NCBI GenBank assembly: GCA_035650735.1
Contig: DASRGZ010000217.1
Span: 1 to 46,257 of the forward strand
Source: Chthonomonadaceae bacterium
Lineage (GTDB): Bacteria; Armatimonadota; Chthonomonadetes; Chthonomonadales; Chthonomonadaceae
Direction of reading: 5' to 3'
DNA: 46,257 nt
Shown one piece after another: positions 18,770 to 27,577 of this stretch. Position 1 is the stretch's first letter, and each line of letters opens with the position of its first letter. Position numbers and translations under genes: made by a program. Below the pieces are notes generated by a model. It was not told the origin of the DNA. It worked only from the letters and a program-made list of their open reading frames with translations, and did not search any database.

Positions 18770-19730
18770 CTATGGTGTGGGTGGCTCTAGATACAGGATT
18801 TTATCCCGGTAGTCAATAACAACTCGGTACCGCGACAGGAGAGAAAGCCCTAATATCGGGTTTCCCAAATCCGGCTCAAAGGTGGCTGTCACTTTGACCG
18901 ACTGAGCCCCCAATTGCAGGGTGATAGGAACCATTTGCTTCGTCCCTTTAATCCCTTTTGAGGTATCAAACACCGTTGGCAGCAGGGGAATGAAAACAGA
19001 ATCATCGGCGGTGCTGAGGATAAAATCCACAGGCTCTCCATTAACCAGTACAGAGATAGACCATCCTCGGACGGTGTCTTTGTGCATCGGAAGCGCGATG
19101 GTGCCCGGAGGCGGTTCCACTCTTGGTCGTGAGGGACAGGCATCCGGGAGAAGTCGTTTGCTCTTAAAATCCAGCAGGAGGCGCACGCCTGGATTGCCGG
19201 AGGTGTCATCAAAAAACTCACAGCCGATAATCGCATCACACTTGGGCATCGAAGGGGTAAAAAGGTCGGCTCTGTCTTGAACCCTGAACGAGGTATACCG
19301 GTAATAGCTGCCCAGGGAGAGACTATCCCACAGATCGTCTGTGATTTCTGGCTGCAAAGCCCTGGCGGTGTCCTTGGCTAGAGGGTGTTATGCTCTTTTT
19401 TGCCTGCTTCGAGAGAGGACTTGGAGGCTGATGACCGCTTGGTGCTCGCTAGAAAGCGAGCACCAAGCCTCTAATGAGCGGCTGGCCTATCTCCTCAAGA
19501 GGACCCAAGTGCATCCCACGCTCTAGGAAAGAATAGTCTTGCCCTAGATCCAGGACACAGCGTACAGGCTTGCCCTGCATAGGCGCCGTTACCGTCAGAC
19601 CCGATGCCGCAGGAAGGGTGTAGTCAAACGGGACACTGGTTCTACAGCGACCTCCAGTTATATAGTAGGCTACTGGAAGGAGAGCAAGCGCGCCAACAAG
19701 CACGGCGAGGAGATAGATGATACGGTTCAT
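18770..19730 (-). pseudogene. Membrane-anchored tandem retropepsin-like (aspartyl protease fold) gene interrupted by a MITE
   Basis: Removing 145 bp (one CTAG plus the insert) joins ORFs 19449..19730 and 18770..19357 in frame (…CVLDLGQDYSFL|AKDTARALQPEITDD…), giving 271 aa with LDLG…IIG and ILSTA…ILGLSLL…VIDY motifs. Confidence 0.85.
19378..19526. mobile_element. MITE, 145 bp net, with CTAG at both ends
   Basis: CTAG at 19378-81 and 19523-26; imperfect 20-nt terminal inverted repeats (ctagagggtgttatgctctt vs ctagagcgtgggatgcactt, 16/20); internal perfect 14-bp hairpin at 19437-19468; second copy at 46121. Confidence 0.9.
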
Positions 19731-19849
19731 GGCTGGCCTCTGGGATCTGGAGTGCGTGCGGAAAATGAGACAACCTGTTCACGTAGTAGCGGTTGTTACT
19801 TGAGCCTCTGCTTGCAGAGATTGCCGGCTTGTTTACACTCTAAGGCGCT

Positions 19850-21241
19850 TTATCTCTTTGCCGTTGGCGGCGGCAAGGTAGAGAGGCTGCCCTCCAGCTT
19901 GCCATCGGCGGCGTTCCAGAGGAGCACCGTGCCGTCCCAGGTTCCGGCGGCGAGTCGTTTGCCATCCGGGCTGAAACAGACGGCGTAGACCCAATCCTTT
20001 GCCTGCGTCAACGTCTCTGTGTTGTTGCCGTCCGCCAGCCGCCAGAGGCGCACCGACTTATCTGCCGAGGCGGTCGCGATCGTCTGCCCGTCGGAGGCGA
20101 AGGTAAGAGCAAGCACCTGGTTGTCGTGCCCTGTCAGCGTTTTGGTCAGTTCGCTGTTCTCCTGCCCGAAGTTCCAGAGGCGAATGGTCTTGTCGGCGCT
20201 GCTAGTCACGAGTTGCTTGCCGTCCGGGCTGAAGGCGACGCCATAAACGATGTCCTCGTGGGGTTGGAAGGAGTAGAGAAGTTTGGCCGTCGCCGCGTCC
20301 CAAACCTTGATGCTTTTGTCCGCGCTTGCTGAGGCAAGGTACTTGCCGTCCGGGCTGTAGGCCAGGCCCCAGACCACATCCGCGTGTTCCCGCAGCGTAT
20401 GCAGGGCTTTCCCGGAGGCGACATCCCAGAGCCGGATCATCTTATCCGCGCTGCCGGAAGCGAGCCGCGTTCCCTCCGGACTGAACGCCAGCGCATTGAC
20501 GACGTCCGTATGCTCGCTCAGCGTGCGCGCTTCCCGCCCGGCAGCTATGTCCCAGAGCTTGATTTCGCCGGAGACGCCCGGCGTGCCGCCGCCCGCCGCC
20601 AGCCACTTGCCGTCTTTGCTGAAGGCGAGGGCATGGATGGCGCCCGCATGGCCCCGCCAGACCCGCACCAACTGCCGCGTCTCCGGGTTCCAGAACTGCA
20701 CCTGCCGGTACGCGCCGACGGCCAGCGTTTTCCCGTCCGGGCTGAAGGCCAGGGCGTTGACCGGCATCGGCGCCGCAAGGATCGGCATGGCGGGCGTCTG
20801 CGGCGCGTTCCCGGCTTTGACGGGCGCATCTACCTTCGCTCCCACATCTATCCACCGCCGTATCCGCGCGATCTCGGCAGGCTTCAGTTCTCCTCCAACC
20901 GGCATTTTCGGCTGGAGCGTGCCGAGCAGATATTTGACCAGTCGGCTCTCCCCGCTCTTGCCGGGCGCGATCTCCCGCCCGCCCTTGCCGCCCTGCATCA
21001 GGCCGGCGTAGGAGGTCAGCGTCAGCCCGCCGGAAGGGTTCTTCTCGCCGTGACAGCCCACGCACGCTTCTCGCAAGATCGGCAGGATGTCCTTATGAAA
21101 GGAGACGGCAGTGGAAGGTTTTGCGCGCGGCTTTCCAGAGGAGAGGCGTGATTGGGCGCGGGCAAAAGGGCAAGCGCCCAACAGGACGCAAACCGCTGCG
21201 AGCGTATAGGACAACAATAAGCGCAGGCTGAGGTTATTCAT
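19850..21241 (-). CDS. Exported planctomycete-type cytochrome c domain + WD40 repeat protein
   Basis: Signal peptide; VSFHKDILPILREACVGCHG…MP…IRRWIDVGA (CxxCH); about 7 WD40 repeats (GH…LAFSPDG…SADK.IRLW). Confidence 0.92.
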   Translation of the reverse strand: MNNLSLRLLLSYTLAAVCVLLGACPFARAQSRLSSGKPRAKPSTAVSFHKDILPILREACVGCHGEKNPSGGLTLTSYAGLMQGGKGGREIAPGKSGESRLVKYLLGTLQPKMPVGGELKPAEIARIRRWIDVGAKVDAPVKAGNAPQTPAMPILAAPMPVNALAFSPDGKTLAVGAYRQVQFWNPETRQLVRVWRGHAGAIHALAFSKDGKWLAAGGGTPGVSGEIKLWDIAAGREARTLSEHTDVVNALAFSPEGTRLASGSADKMIRLWDVASGKALHTLREHADVVWGLAYSPDGKYLASASADKSIKVWDAATAKLLYSFQPHEDIVYGVAFSPDGKQLVTSSADKTIRLWNFGQENSELTKTLTGHDNQVLALTFASDGQTIATASADKSVRLWRLADGNNTETLTQAKDWVYAVCFSPDGKRLAAGTWDGTVLLWNAADGKLEGSLSTLPPPTAKR

Positions 21242-21313
21242 GCGATACTAGATCTCTGAAGAACAGGCTCCCTAGAAGCGGCGGAAGCGGAATCTTCCGC
21301 TTTCATCCTTTCC

Positions 21314-23827
21314 TTAATGGTTGAAAAGGAACTCTTTCGAGTTTAAGAGCGCCCATAGGAGGTCTTCGGCGCCGCGCTGGCGGTCTTTGGCGGCGGCAAG
21401 GATATGGACGGCCTTGCGGCTCTCCTCCGGCGTGGGGAAGCGCGCGAGGGAGGCCAGGTAAAGCTCCTCGACGACCCGGCGATCCGGCAGTTTCGACTCT
21501 ATCAACGCCGCCACGCGCCCGGATTTATCCGAGAGACGAGCGTTGATGCCAGCACTGTTCATCAGATGGAGCACCTGGCCCAGGTTTGGCTCGTCGGAGC
21601 GTTCGCACTCGCAGGGAATATTGCGCGCCGGTCGTCCGAAGAGGTCCAGGAAATAGGAGGGCACGCCCGTATCGGGAAGCTGCTCGGCGCGCATCCCCTG
21701 CGGGTAGCCTTCGAACTTCTCCGGCACGCCGGTTGCCGCCGTGAGCGCGTCCAGCAGTTGCTCCGCGCCCAGCCGCTTGAACGGGAAATGCGCGTAGTAG
21801 CGGGTATCCCGCGCATTGCCGGGCGTCGGCTCCGAAGACCGCTGGTAGGTCTGCGAGCGCATAATCGCGCGCATCAGGTACTTCAGATCGTAGCCGTGCC
21901 GGATGAAGTCCTGCGCCAGACAGTCGAGCAGCGCCTCATTGGAGGGCGGGTTGGTCACGCGCAGGTCGTCCACTGGCTCGACCAGGCCGCGCCCCATAAA
22001 GTGCTTCCAGAGGCGATTGACGATACAGCGCGCGAAGAAGGGGTTTTGCGGCGCGGTCAGCCACTCCGCCAGGGCCAGCCGCCGGTCGCCCGGATACTCC
22101 TTCGGCAGGGGCGCCGCGTCCAGCGCGCAGGGCAGAACCTCCTTTTGCGTCTTGGGGTGCTTGACCTCTCCGGTATCGGACACAAAGACGATGCGTTCTC
22201 CGGGCCGCTCTCCGGGCTTGGCGCGAACCCGCGCGAAGAACGCCGCCATCTGGTAGTACTGGCTCTGCTTCCACTTTTCGTAGGGGTGGTTGTGGCATTT
22301 GGCGCACTGGATTCGGACGCCGAGGAACACCTGCGAGGTCGTCTCCGCCAACTCCTGCGGGGTCGTGGCGGCGCGATAGTAGTTGGCGGCGCCCTCCGTG
22401 TAGGCGCTGCCCTGCGCCAGCAGCAGCTCGCGCGCAAAGCGATCCCAGGGCTTGTTCTCCGCCACGCTCTGCCGGATCCAGGCGTTGAAGGCCACCATCC
22501 CTTTCTCGGAGAGCAGTTGCCGGGAGTCGCGCAGGATGTCGCCCCATTTGAGCGTCCAGAAATCTACGTACTCGGTCCGACGCAGCAGGGCATCAATCAG
22601 CTTCTCGCGCTTCTGCGGGTCACGGCTGGCGAGGAAGGCGCGCGTCTCCTCCGGCGTCGGCAGCAGGCCGATGACATCCAGATAGGCACGCCGCAGGAAA
22701 TCCGCGTCCGCGCTGCGGCCGGAAGGCTCCAGGCCCAGGGCGTCCAGCTTCTCCTGCACGAGCCGATCTATCTTCTCTGAGAGGGTTGCGGCGGGCGGGC
22801 GGCTTTTCCGGATCGCCACACGGCGCGGCGGGCCGAAGGGGGAGATAACGCGCGCCGTCGTCACCAGGCCCTGATAGCGAATGATGACGGCCCCTTCCCC
22901 CGGCCCGACCGCCTTCGCCTCGCCGCCCGGCGTGACGGGAGCCACGGACTCCTCGCTGGCGGAAAAGAGCGTTTCGCCGGTCACATCGCGCTGCCATCCG
23001 TTGCTGTAGCACGCCTTCACAATGAACCGCTGGGTCTGGCCGGGGGCCAGCGTGCGGACCTTCGGGAAGACCTCCAGGCGCACGACGCGCGGCTCGTCCG
23101 CCGCCGGGCCGGGAACGCCTTTGGCGATCCAGTCGCGCAGCAGGCGATACTCCGGCGAGCCGACCGCAAACCGCTTTCCGCCGCGATGGGATATGCTGAG
23201 CGTGGGCTTGCGCAGGATCAGGCTGTTCTCCGGCTGTGCGCGGGTGATGCGCCGCGCGCCGCCAAAGCGGGTGATCGCCTCATAATCGGCCTCCGGGTCG
23301 TAGCCGAGCAGCGAGAGCTTAAAGCCGCCCTTGCCCTGCGCCGCGCCGTGACAGGCTCCCTGGTTGCATCCGGCCTTCGTCAGAACCGGCAGCACGTCGG
23401 TGAGGAACCGGGGCGGTCCGGCCTTCGCCACGCCGCGCACCGCAATGGGAACGCGCGCGGTGCGCCGTTGCAGGCGCGCGATGAGCACGGTATTCCCATC
23501 GCCGCGCGGGCGCACAATGCCGTCCGCATCTATCACGGCTACCCTGGGGTCCGCCACCGCCAGCGCCGCTTCCCCGCTCACGTCCCGCGCGCCGCCGCCT
23601 GGCAGTCGTCCCTGGATCAGGACGCGCGCCTCGGCGTAGGGGCCGCGCAGCGTGATCGAGGAGGGGAAGGGAATAAGCGCCTGAAGAGGCGGCGCTGCCG
23701 TCCGGCGTGCCGCGCGGGCACCGGGTTTGGGAGCGTGAGCGTAGGCTGCGCCCGCCGTGAGCGCCAGGCCAACGCTGAGGAAGAGGAGCCGGTGTAGAAA
23801 ACGGAGAATTGCCGGGACGACTCGCAT
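21314..23827 (-). CDS. DUF1549/DUF1553 (PSCyt2/PSD1) protein with Ig-like domains
   Basis: GCNQGACHG, FLRRAYLDVIGLLPT, FLGVRIQCAKCHNHPYEKW, VNRLWKHFMGRGLVEPVDD and WALLNSKEFLFNH; GGAGG RBS before ATG 23827. Confidence 0.92.
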   Translation of the reverse strand: MRVVPAILRFLHRLLFLSVGLALTAGAAYAHAPKPGARAARRTAAPPLQALIPFPSSITLRGPYAEARVLIQGRLPGGGARDVSGEAALAVADPRVAVIDADGIVRPRGDGNTVLIARLQRRTARVPIAVRGVAKAGPPRFLTDVLPVLTKAGCNQGACHGAAQGKGGFKLSLLGYDPEADYEAITRFGGARRITRAQPENSLILRKPTLSISHRGGKRFAVGSPEYRLLRDWIAKGVPGPAADEPRVVRLEVFPKVRTLAPGQTQRFIVKACYSNGWQRDVTGETLFSASEESVAPVTPGGEAKAVGPGEGAVIIRYQGLVTTARVISPFGPPRRVAIRKSRPPAATLSEKIDRLVQEKLDALGLEPSGRSADADFLRRAYLDVIGLLPTPEETRAFLASRDPQKREKLIDALLRRTEYVDFWTLKWGDILRDSRQLLSEKGMVAFNAWIRQSVAENKPWDRFARELLLAQGSAYTEGAANYYRAATTPQELAETTSQVFLGVRIQCAKCHNHPYEKWKQSQYYQMAAFFARVRAKPGERPGERIVFVSDTGEVKHPKTQKEVLPCALDAAPLPKEYPGDRRLALAEWLTAPQNPFFARCIVNRLWKHFMGRGLVEPVDDLRVTNPPSNEALLDCLAQDFIRHGYDLKYLMRAIMRSQTYQRSSEPTPGNARDTRYYAHFPFKRLGAEQLLDALTAATGVPEKFEGYPQGMRAEQLPDTGVPSYFLDLFGRPARNIPCECERSDEPNLGQVLHLMNSAGINARLSDKSGRVAALIESKLPDRRVVEELYLASLARFPTPEESRKAVHILAAAKDRQRGAEDLLWALLNSKEFLFNH

Positions 23828-24052
23828 GACAGACCTCCCTGGAACCCCTCTGCACGAGCGCGATAGGGATGGAGAAGGACGGGCAGGTTTTTTGCGCTCG
23901 CCTGACGAAACTACTCTCAAATCGGCAGCGCGTCCGGGCAGCAGTCCCAGGAGAAACGTCCCTGGATGCCCGAAGCGCCCTGGTTAGAAGCGCTATTGTA
24001 ACCAGACAAACTTCCGGTCAGAAAGTTTCTGATTTTCTCCGTGAGGCGGGCC

Positions 24053-25135
24053 ATGAACACCAAGATATGGAAAATCGCCGGGATTAATTTCGACCATATG
24101 CACATGGGCGACCTGCTGCGCATGGCGCACGAGCATCCGCAGGCCGAGATCGTCGGCATCTGTGATGAGATGCCCGCCCGCATGGAGAGCGCGGCGCGCA
24201 ACTTCGCCATCCCGCCGGAACGCCAGTTCACCGACTACCGGCAGTGCCTGGAACAGACACAGCCGGACATCGTGATCCTCTGCCCAAGCACGGCGGAGCA
24301 TGGCGCCTGGGTGCAAAAGGTCGCCCCCTACGGCGTGCATGTCCTGGTCGAGAAGCCGATGGCCGCGTCCCTGGCCGACGCCGACGCCATGATTTTGGCC
24401 ATGCGAGAGACCGGCAAAACGCTCGTTATCAACTGGCCGCTGGCCTGGTATCCGCCGCACGTCACCGCCAAGCGCCTCCTGGACGAGGGCCTGATTGGCG
24501 AGGTGCTGGAGGTCCACTATTACGATGGCAATCGCGGCCCTCTGCGCCACGTTGCAGATAAGGTGGAGGTCAGCGAAGAGGAGGCGGCGCGGCAAAAATC
24601 GCAGTCCTGGTGGTACCAGAAGGCGCGCGGCGGCGGCTCCCTGCTGGATTATCTAGGCTACGGCGTCACGCTGGGCACCTGGTACCACAACGGGCGTGCG
24701 CCCATCGAAGTGACTACGGTTGTGGACGAGCCGCCCGGCCTGGAAGTGGATGAGCACAGCGTCACCGTGGCCCGCTACGAGCGCGGCCTCTCCAAGTACG
24801 AGACGCGCTGGGGCACCTTCACCGATCCCTGGACAACCCAGCCGCAGCCCAAATGCGGTTTTGTCATCGTCGGCACGCACGGCACGATCAGCAGCTACGA
24901 TTATGAGCCTATCGTCCGTATCCAGACCCGCCAGCGGCCCGAAACGCACGAGCAGCCTGCCGATACGCTGGAGCCGCCCTACCAGAACCCGATTCAATAT
25001 CTCATCCACTGCCTGACGACGGGCGAGCCTGTGCGGGGGCCGCTCTCGCTGGCGCTAAGCCGCATCGGGCAGCAGATTGTGGATACCGCCATCGTGAGCG
25101 CGCGCGAAAAACGCACCGTACCGCTGCTGGGCTAA
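24053..25135 (+). CDS. Gfo/Idh/MocA family oxidoreductase
   Basis: HVLVEKPMA, GGGSLLDYLGY and N-terminal Rossmann-like region. Confidence 0.88.
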   Translation: MNTKIWKIAGINFDHMHMGDLLRMAHEHPQAEIVGICDEMPARMESAARNFAIPPERQFTDYRQCLEQTQPDIVILCPSTAEHGAWVQKVAPYGVHVLVEKPMAASLADADAMILAMRETGKTLVINWPLAWYPPHVTAKRLLDEGLIGEVLEVHYYDGNRGPLRHVADKVEVSEEEAARQKSQSWWYQKARGGGSLLDYLGYGVTLGTWYHNGRAPIEVTTVVDEPPGLEVDEHSVTVARYERGLSKYETRWGTFTDPWTTQPQPKCGFVIVGTHGTISSYDYEPIVRIQTRQRPETHEQPADTLEPPYQNPIQYLIHCLTTGEPVRGPLSLALSRIGQQIVDTAIVSAREKRTVPLLG

Positions 25136-25249
25136 TCCCGGTAGCCCTCACTCCCGGCCCTGGCGCCCTCAAAAAAGCAACTATCATGGCCGAGGCACAA
25201 ACAGGGTGTCAGGGTTTTAGGGTGCTAGGGTTCTAAGTCTCAGAAAGGA

Positions 25250-26389
25250 ATGATTGTGGCCGAGACATCAAAGGAAGACGACTATAGCCTGCGCCAGCAC
25301 GCCCCGGATCGATCCATTCTCGCGCCGGACCTACCCTACCAGCCGCCGGAGCCCAAATCCTTTCGGCCTCCCATCGGGTTGATCGCCTGCGGCGGCATTA
25401 CGGAGACGCACCTGAGGGCCTATAAGAAAGCGGGGTATAACGTCGTCGCGCTATGCGATCTCATTGAAGAGCGGGCGCGCAAGCGGCAGGCCCAGTTCTA
25501 TCCGGAGGCGTTCGTCACCACCGACTACCGCGAGGTCCTGAAGCGCGACGATATTGAGGTGGTGGACATTGCCACGCACCCGCCGGAGCGCGTCGTCCTG
25601 ATCGAGGACTCGCTGCGCGCGGGCAAGCACGTCCTCAGCCAGAAGCCCTTCGTGCTGGATCTGGACACGGGCCGCCGCCTGGTGGATCTGGCCGACCAGA
25701 AGGAGCGCAAGCTGGCCGTCAACCAGAACGGGCGCTGGGCGCCGCACTTCAGCTACATGCGCCAGGCCGTTCGGCAGGGACTCATCGGCGATATACTCAG
25801 CATCCATCTCGCCGTGCATTGGGATCATACCTGGACGGTTGGAACGCCGTTTGAAGATATTTATGACCTTGTGCTGTATGATTTCGCCATCCACTGGTTC
25901 GATTTTGCTAGTCATATCCTGGGCGACCGGAAGCGGCTGCGCGTGATGGCCTCCCGGAGCCGGGCGCTGGGGCAAACGGCACGCCCGCCCATGCTGGCGC
26001 AGGCGATGCTGGAGTTCGAGGGCGGGCAAGCCTCGTTCGTCTTTGACGCCCATATCCGCTACGGCGCGCAAGACACGACCTATATCGGCGGGACGCAGGG
26101 AACACTGACCAGCCAGGGGCCGAACCTCTCAGAACAGACGGTCACGCTCTACACCGCCCAAGGCATTGCCCGGCCCCATCTGGAAGGCGAATGGTTCCCG
26201 GACGGCTTTCGCGGCACGATGGGCGAGTTGCTGTGCGCCATCGAGGAGAACCGGGAGCCGCTCAACAGCGCGCGCGAGAACCTGCGCAGCCTGGAGCTAT
26301 GCTTTGCGGCCATCGCCTCGGCCACCGACGGCACGCCCAAAGTGCCGGGCGAGGTGCGCCGCCTGCCTGTTGTTTCGGCGCATACCTAA
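25250..26389 (+). CDS. Gfo/Idh/MocA family oxidoreductase
   Basis: IGLIACGGI, GKHVLSQKP, NQNGRW and YDFAIHWFD; alternative GTG start at 25256. Confidence 0.88.
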   Translation: MIVAETSKEDDYSLRQHAPDRSILAPDLPYQPPEPKSFRPPIGLIACGGITETHLRAYKKAGYNVVALCDLIEERARKRQAQFYPEAFVTTDYREVLKRDDIEVVDIATHPPERVVLIEDSLRAGKHVLSQKPFVLDLDTGRRLVDLADQKERKLAVNQNGRWAPHFSYMRQAVRQGLIGDILSIHLAVHWDHTWTVGTPFEDIYDLVLYDFAIHWFDFASHILGDRKRLRVMASRSRALGQTARPPMLAQAMLEFEGGQASFVFDAHIRYGAQDTTYIGGTQGTLTSQGPNLSEQTVTLYTAQGIARPHLEGEWFPDGFRGTMGELLCAIEENREPLNSARENLRSLELCFAAIASATDGTPKVPGEVRRLPVVSAHT

Positions 26390-26609
26390 CCCCCCGGCCC
26401 CCACTGCTAGGGTCGGAACTGCGCACGCTCGCACCACTGCCAGGGTCGGGCCTACAATGGACTGCCAGGGTCGGCAGGGTTACGGCCCCTGCCTCCGCTT
26501 TGCCACAGCCCTCCGCCTTGCCACACCTAGCGACCCTGCGAGGGAAGGGGGGGACCCGGCTTCTCCTCTCCCCTCTCCTAGAATTGGGGGAGGGGACGGG
26601 GGTGGGGGC
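26385..26609. repeat. REP-like family 1 composite hosting a triple nest of 45-nt elements
   Basis: Same architecture, in reverse, as the empty copy at 18595-18687 and the filled copy at 39320-39556. Confidence 0.8.
26403..26533 (-). mobile_element. Triple-nested 45-nt mini-element
   Basis: The minus strand parses as 10 + 18 + 45 + 25 + 33 = 131 nt, i.e. three 45-mers with 2 nt lost from each of the two outer copies. Confidence 0.8.
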
Positions 26610-26648
26610 TTGGAGCAGTTTCAACTGCCCCACACAAAGGAGGATGCC

Positions 26649-27548
26649 ATGTCCTACGCCATCGGGGTTGACATCGGGGGAACCAACATCAAGCTGGTCG
26701 CCGTCACGGATGCGGGAAAGGAACTGGCCCGCATGATCACGCCGACGGAGGACACGCCAGAAGCGCGGACGGTCTGGGTCAGGCGCATCCGGGAGCAGAT
26801 CACGCAGATGGAACAGGCGCAGGGCAAACCTCCTGCCTATATTGGCCTGGCTGCGCCGGGATTGGCCGCGCCCGACGGACGTTCGATTGCCTGGATGCAG
26901 GGGAGGCTAGATGCCGTACAGGGCCTGAATTGGACCGAGGCGTTGGGCTTTGTGCTTACCGTTCCTGTCCTCAACGACGCGCACGCCGCGCTGCTCGGCG
27001 AGGCGTGGCTGGGTGCGGCGGCGGGCTGCCGGAACGTGATCCTGCTGACGCTGGGGACCGGCGTCGGCGGGGGCGTGCTGGTGGAGGGGCAACTGCTCAA
27101 GGGCTATATCGGCCGCGGTGGGCACCTGGGGCACATCAGCCTTAACCCGGACGGTCCGCCCGACATCGTGGGCACGCCGGGCAGCCTGGAGGATGCCATC
27201 GGCGAATGCACGCTCTCGGAGCGCAGCGGCGGGCGCTTTGCCTCCACCGAAGCCCTGCTCGCCGCCCACCAGGCGGGCGATGCACAGGCGACCGAAATCT
27301 GGCTGCGTTCCGTGCGGTGCCTGGCGGCGGGCCTCGTCTCACTCATCAACGTTGTAGACCCGGAAGTGGTCATTCTAGGCGGCGGCATTGCCCGCGCAGG
27401 GGCGGCCCTGTTCGACCCGCTGCGTGGCTTTCTGGATCAGTGGGAGTGGCGGCCTCTGGGACGCGGCGTGCGCATCGTCCCGGCTCGATTGGGCGAGTTC
27501 GCGGGCGCTTTTGGGGCCGCCTACAACGCCTTTCGGACGGAAGTATGA
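26649..27548 (+). CDS. ROK family sugar kinase (glucokinase-like)
   Basis: IGVDIGGTNIK, LNDAHAALLGE, TLGTGVGGG, GHLGHI and GSLE; AAGGAGG RBS before ATG 26649. Confidence 0.9.
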   Translation: MSYAIGVDIGGTNIKLVAVTDAGKELARMITPTEDTPEARTVWVRRIREQITQMEQAQGKPPAYIGLAAPGLAAPDGRSIAWMQGRLDAVQGLNWTEALGFVLTVPVLNDAHAALLGEAWLGAAAGCRNVILLTLGTGVGGGVLVEGQLLKGYIGRGGHLGHISLNPDGPPDIVGTPGSLEDAIGECTLSERSGGRFASTEALLAAHQAGDAQATEIWLRSVRCLAAGLVSLINVVDPEVVILGGGIARAGAALFDPLRGFLDQWEWRPLGRGVRIVPARLGEFAGAFGAAYNAFRTEV

Positions 27549-27577
27549 GAGAGCGCCGGGAGAGGAAGTAAGGAAGT

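Noticed and set aside
19449..19730. Independent 93-aa gene, and a separate 195-aa gene at 18770-19357
   Set aside because: They are two halves of one gene; the last ~24 aa of the 93-aa ORF come from MITE sequence.
21404..22780. Other long overlapping ORFs (21404-22780, 28304-29530, 32521-33600, 39317-40465, 40237-41343)
   Set aside because: They lie antisense to confidently identified genes and have no protein family motifs.
26166..26648. N-terminal extension of the ROK ORF (similarly 4517-4573, 36808-37263 and 39569-39601)
   Set aside because: These extensions run through REP or mini-element DNA or other non-coding sequence; family homology begins at the downstream starts, some of which have a clear RBS.
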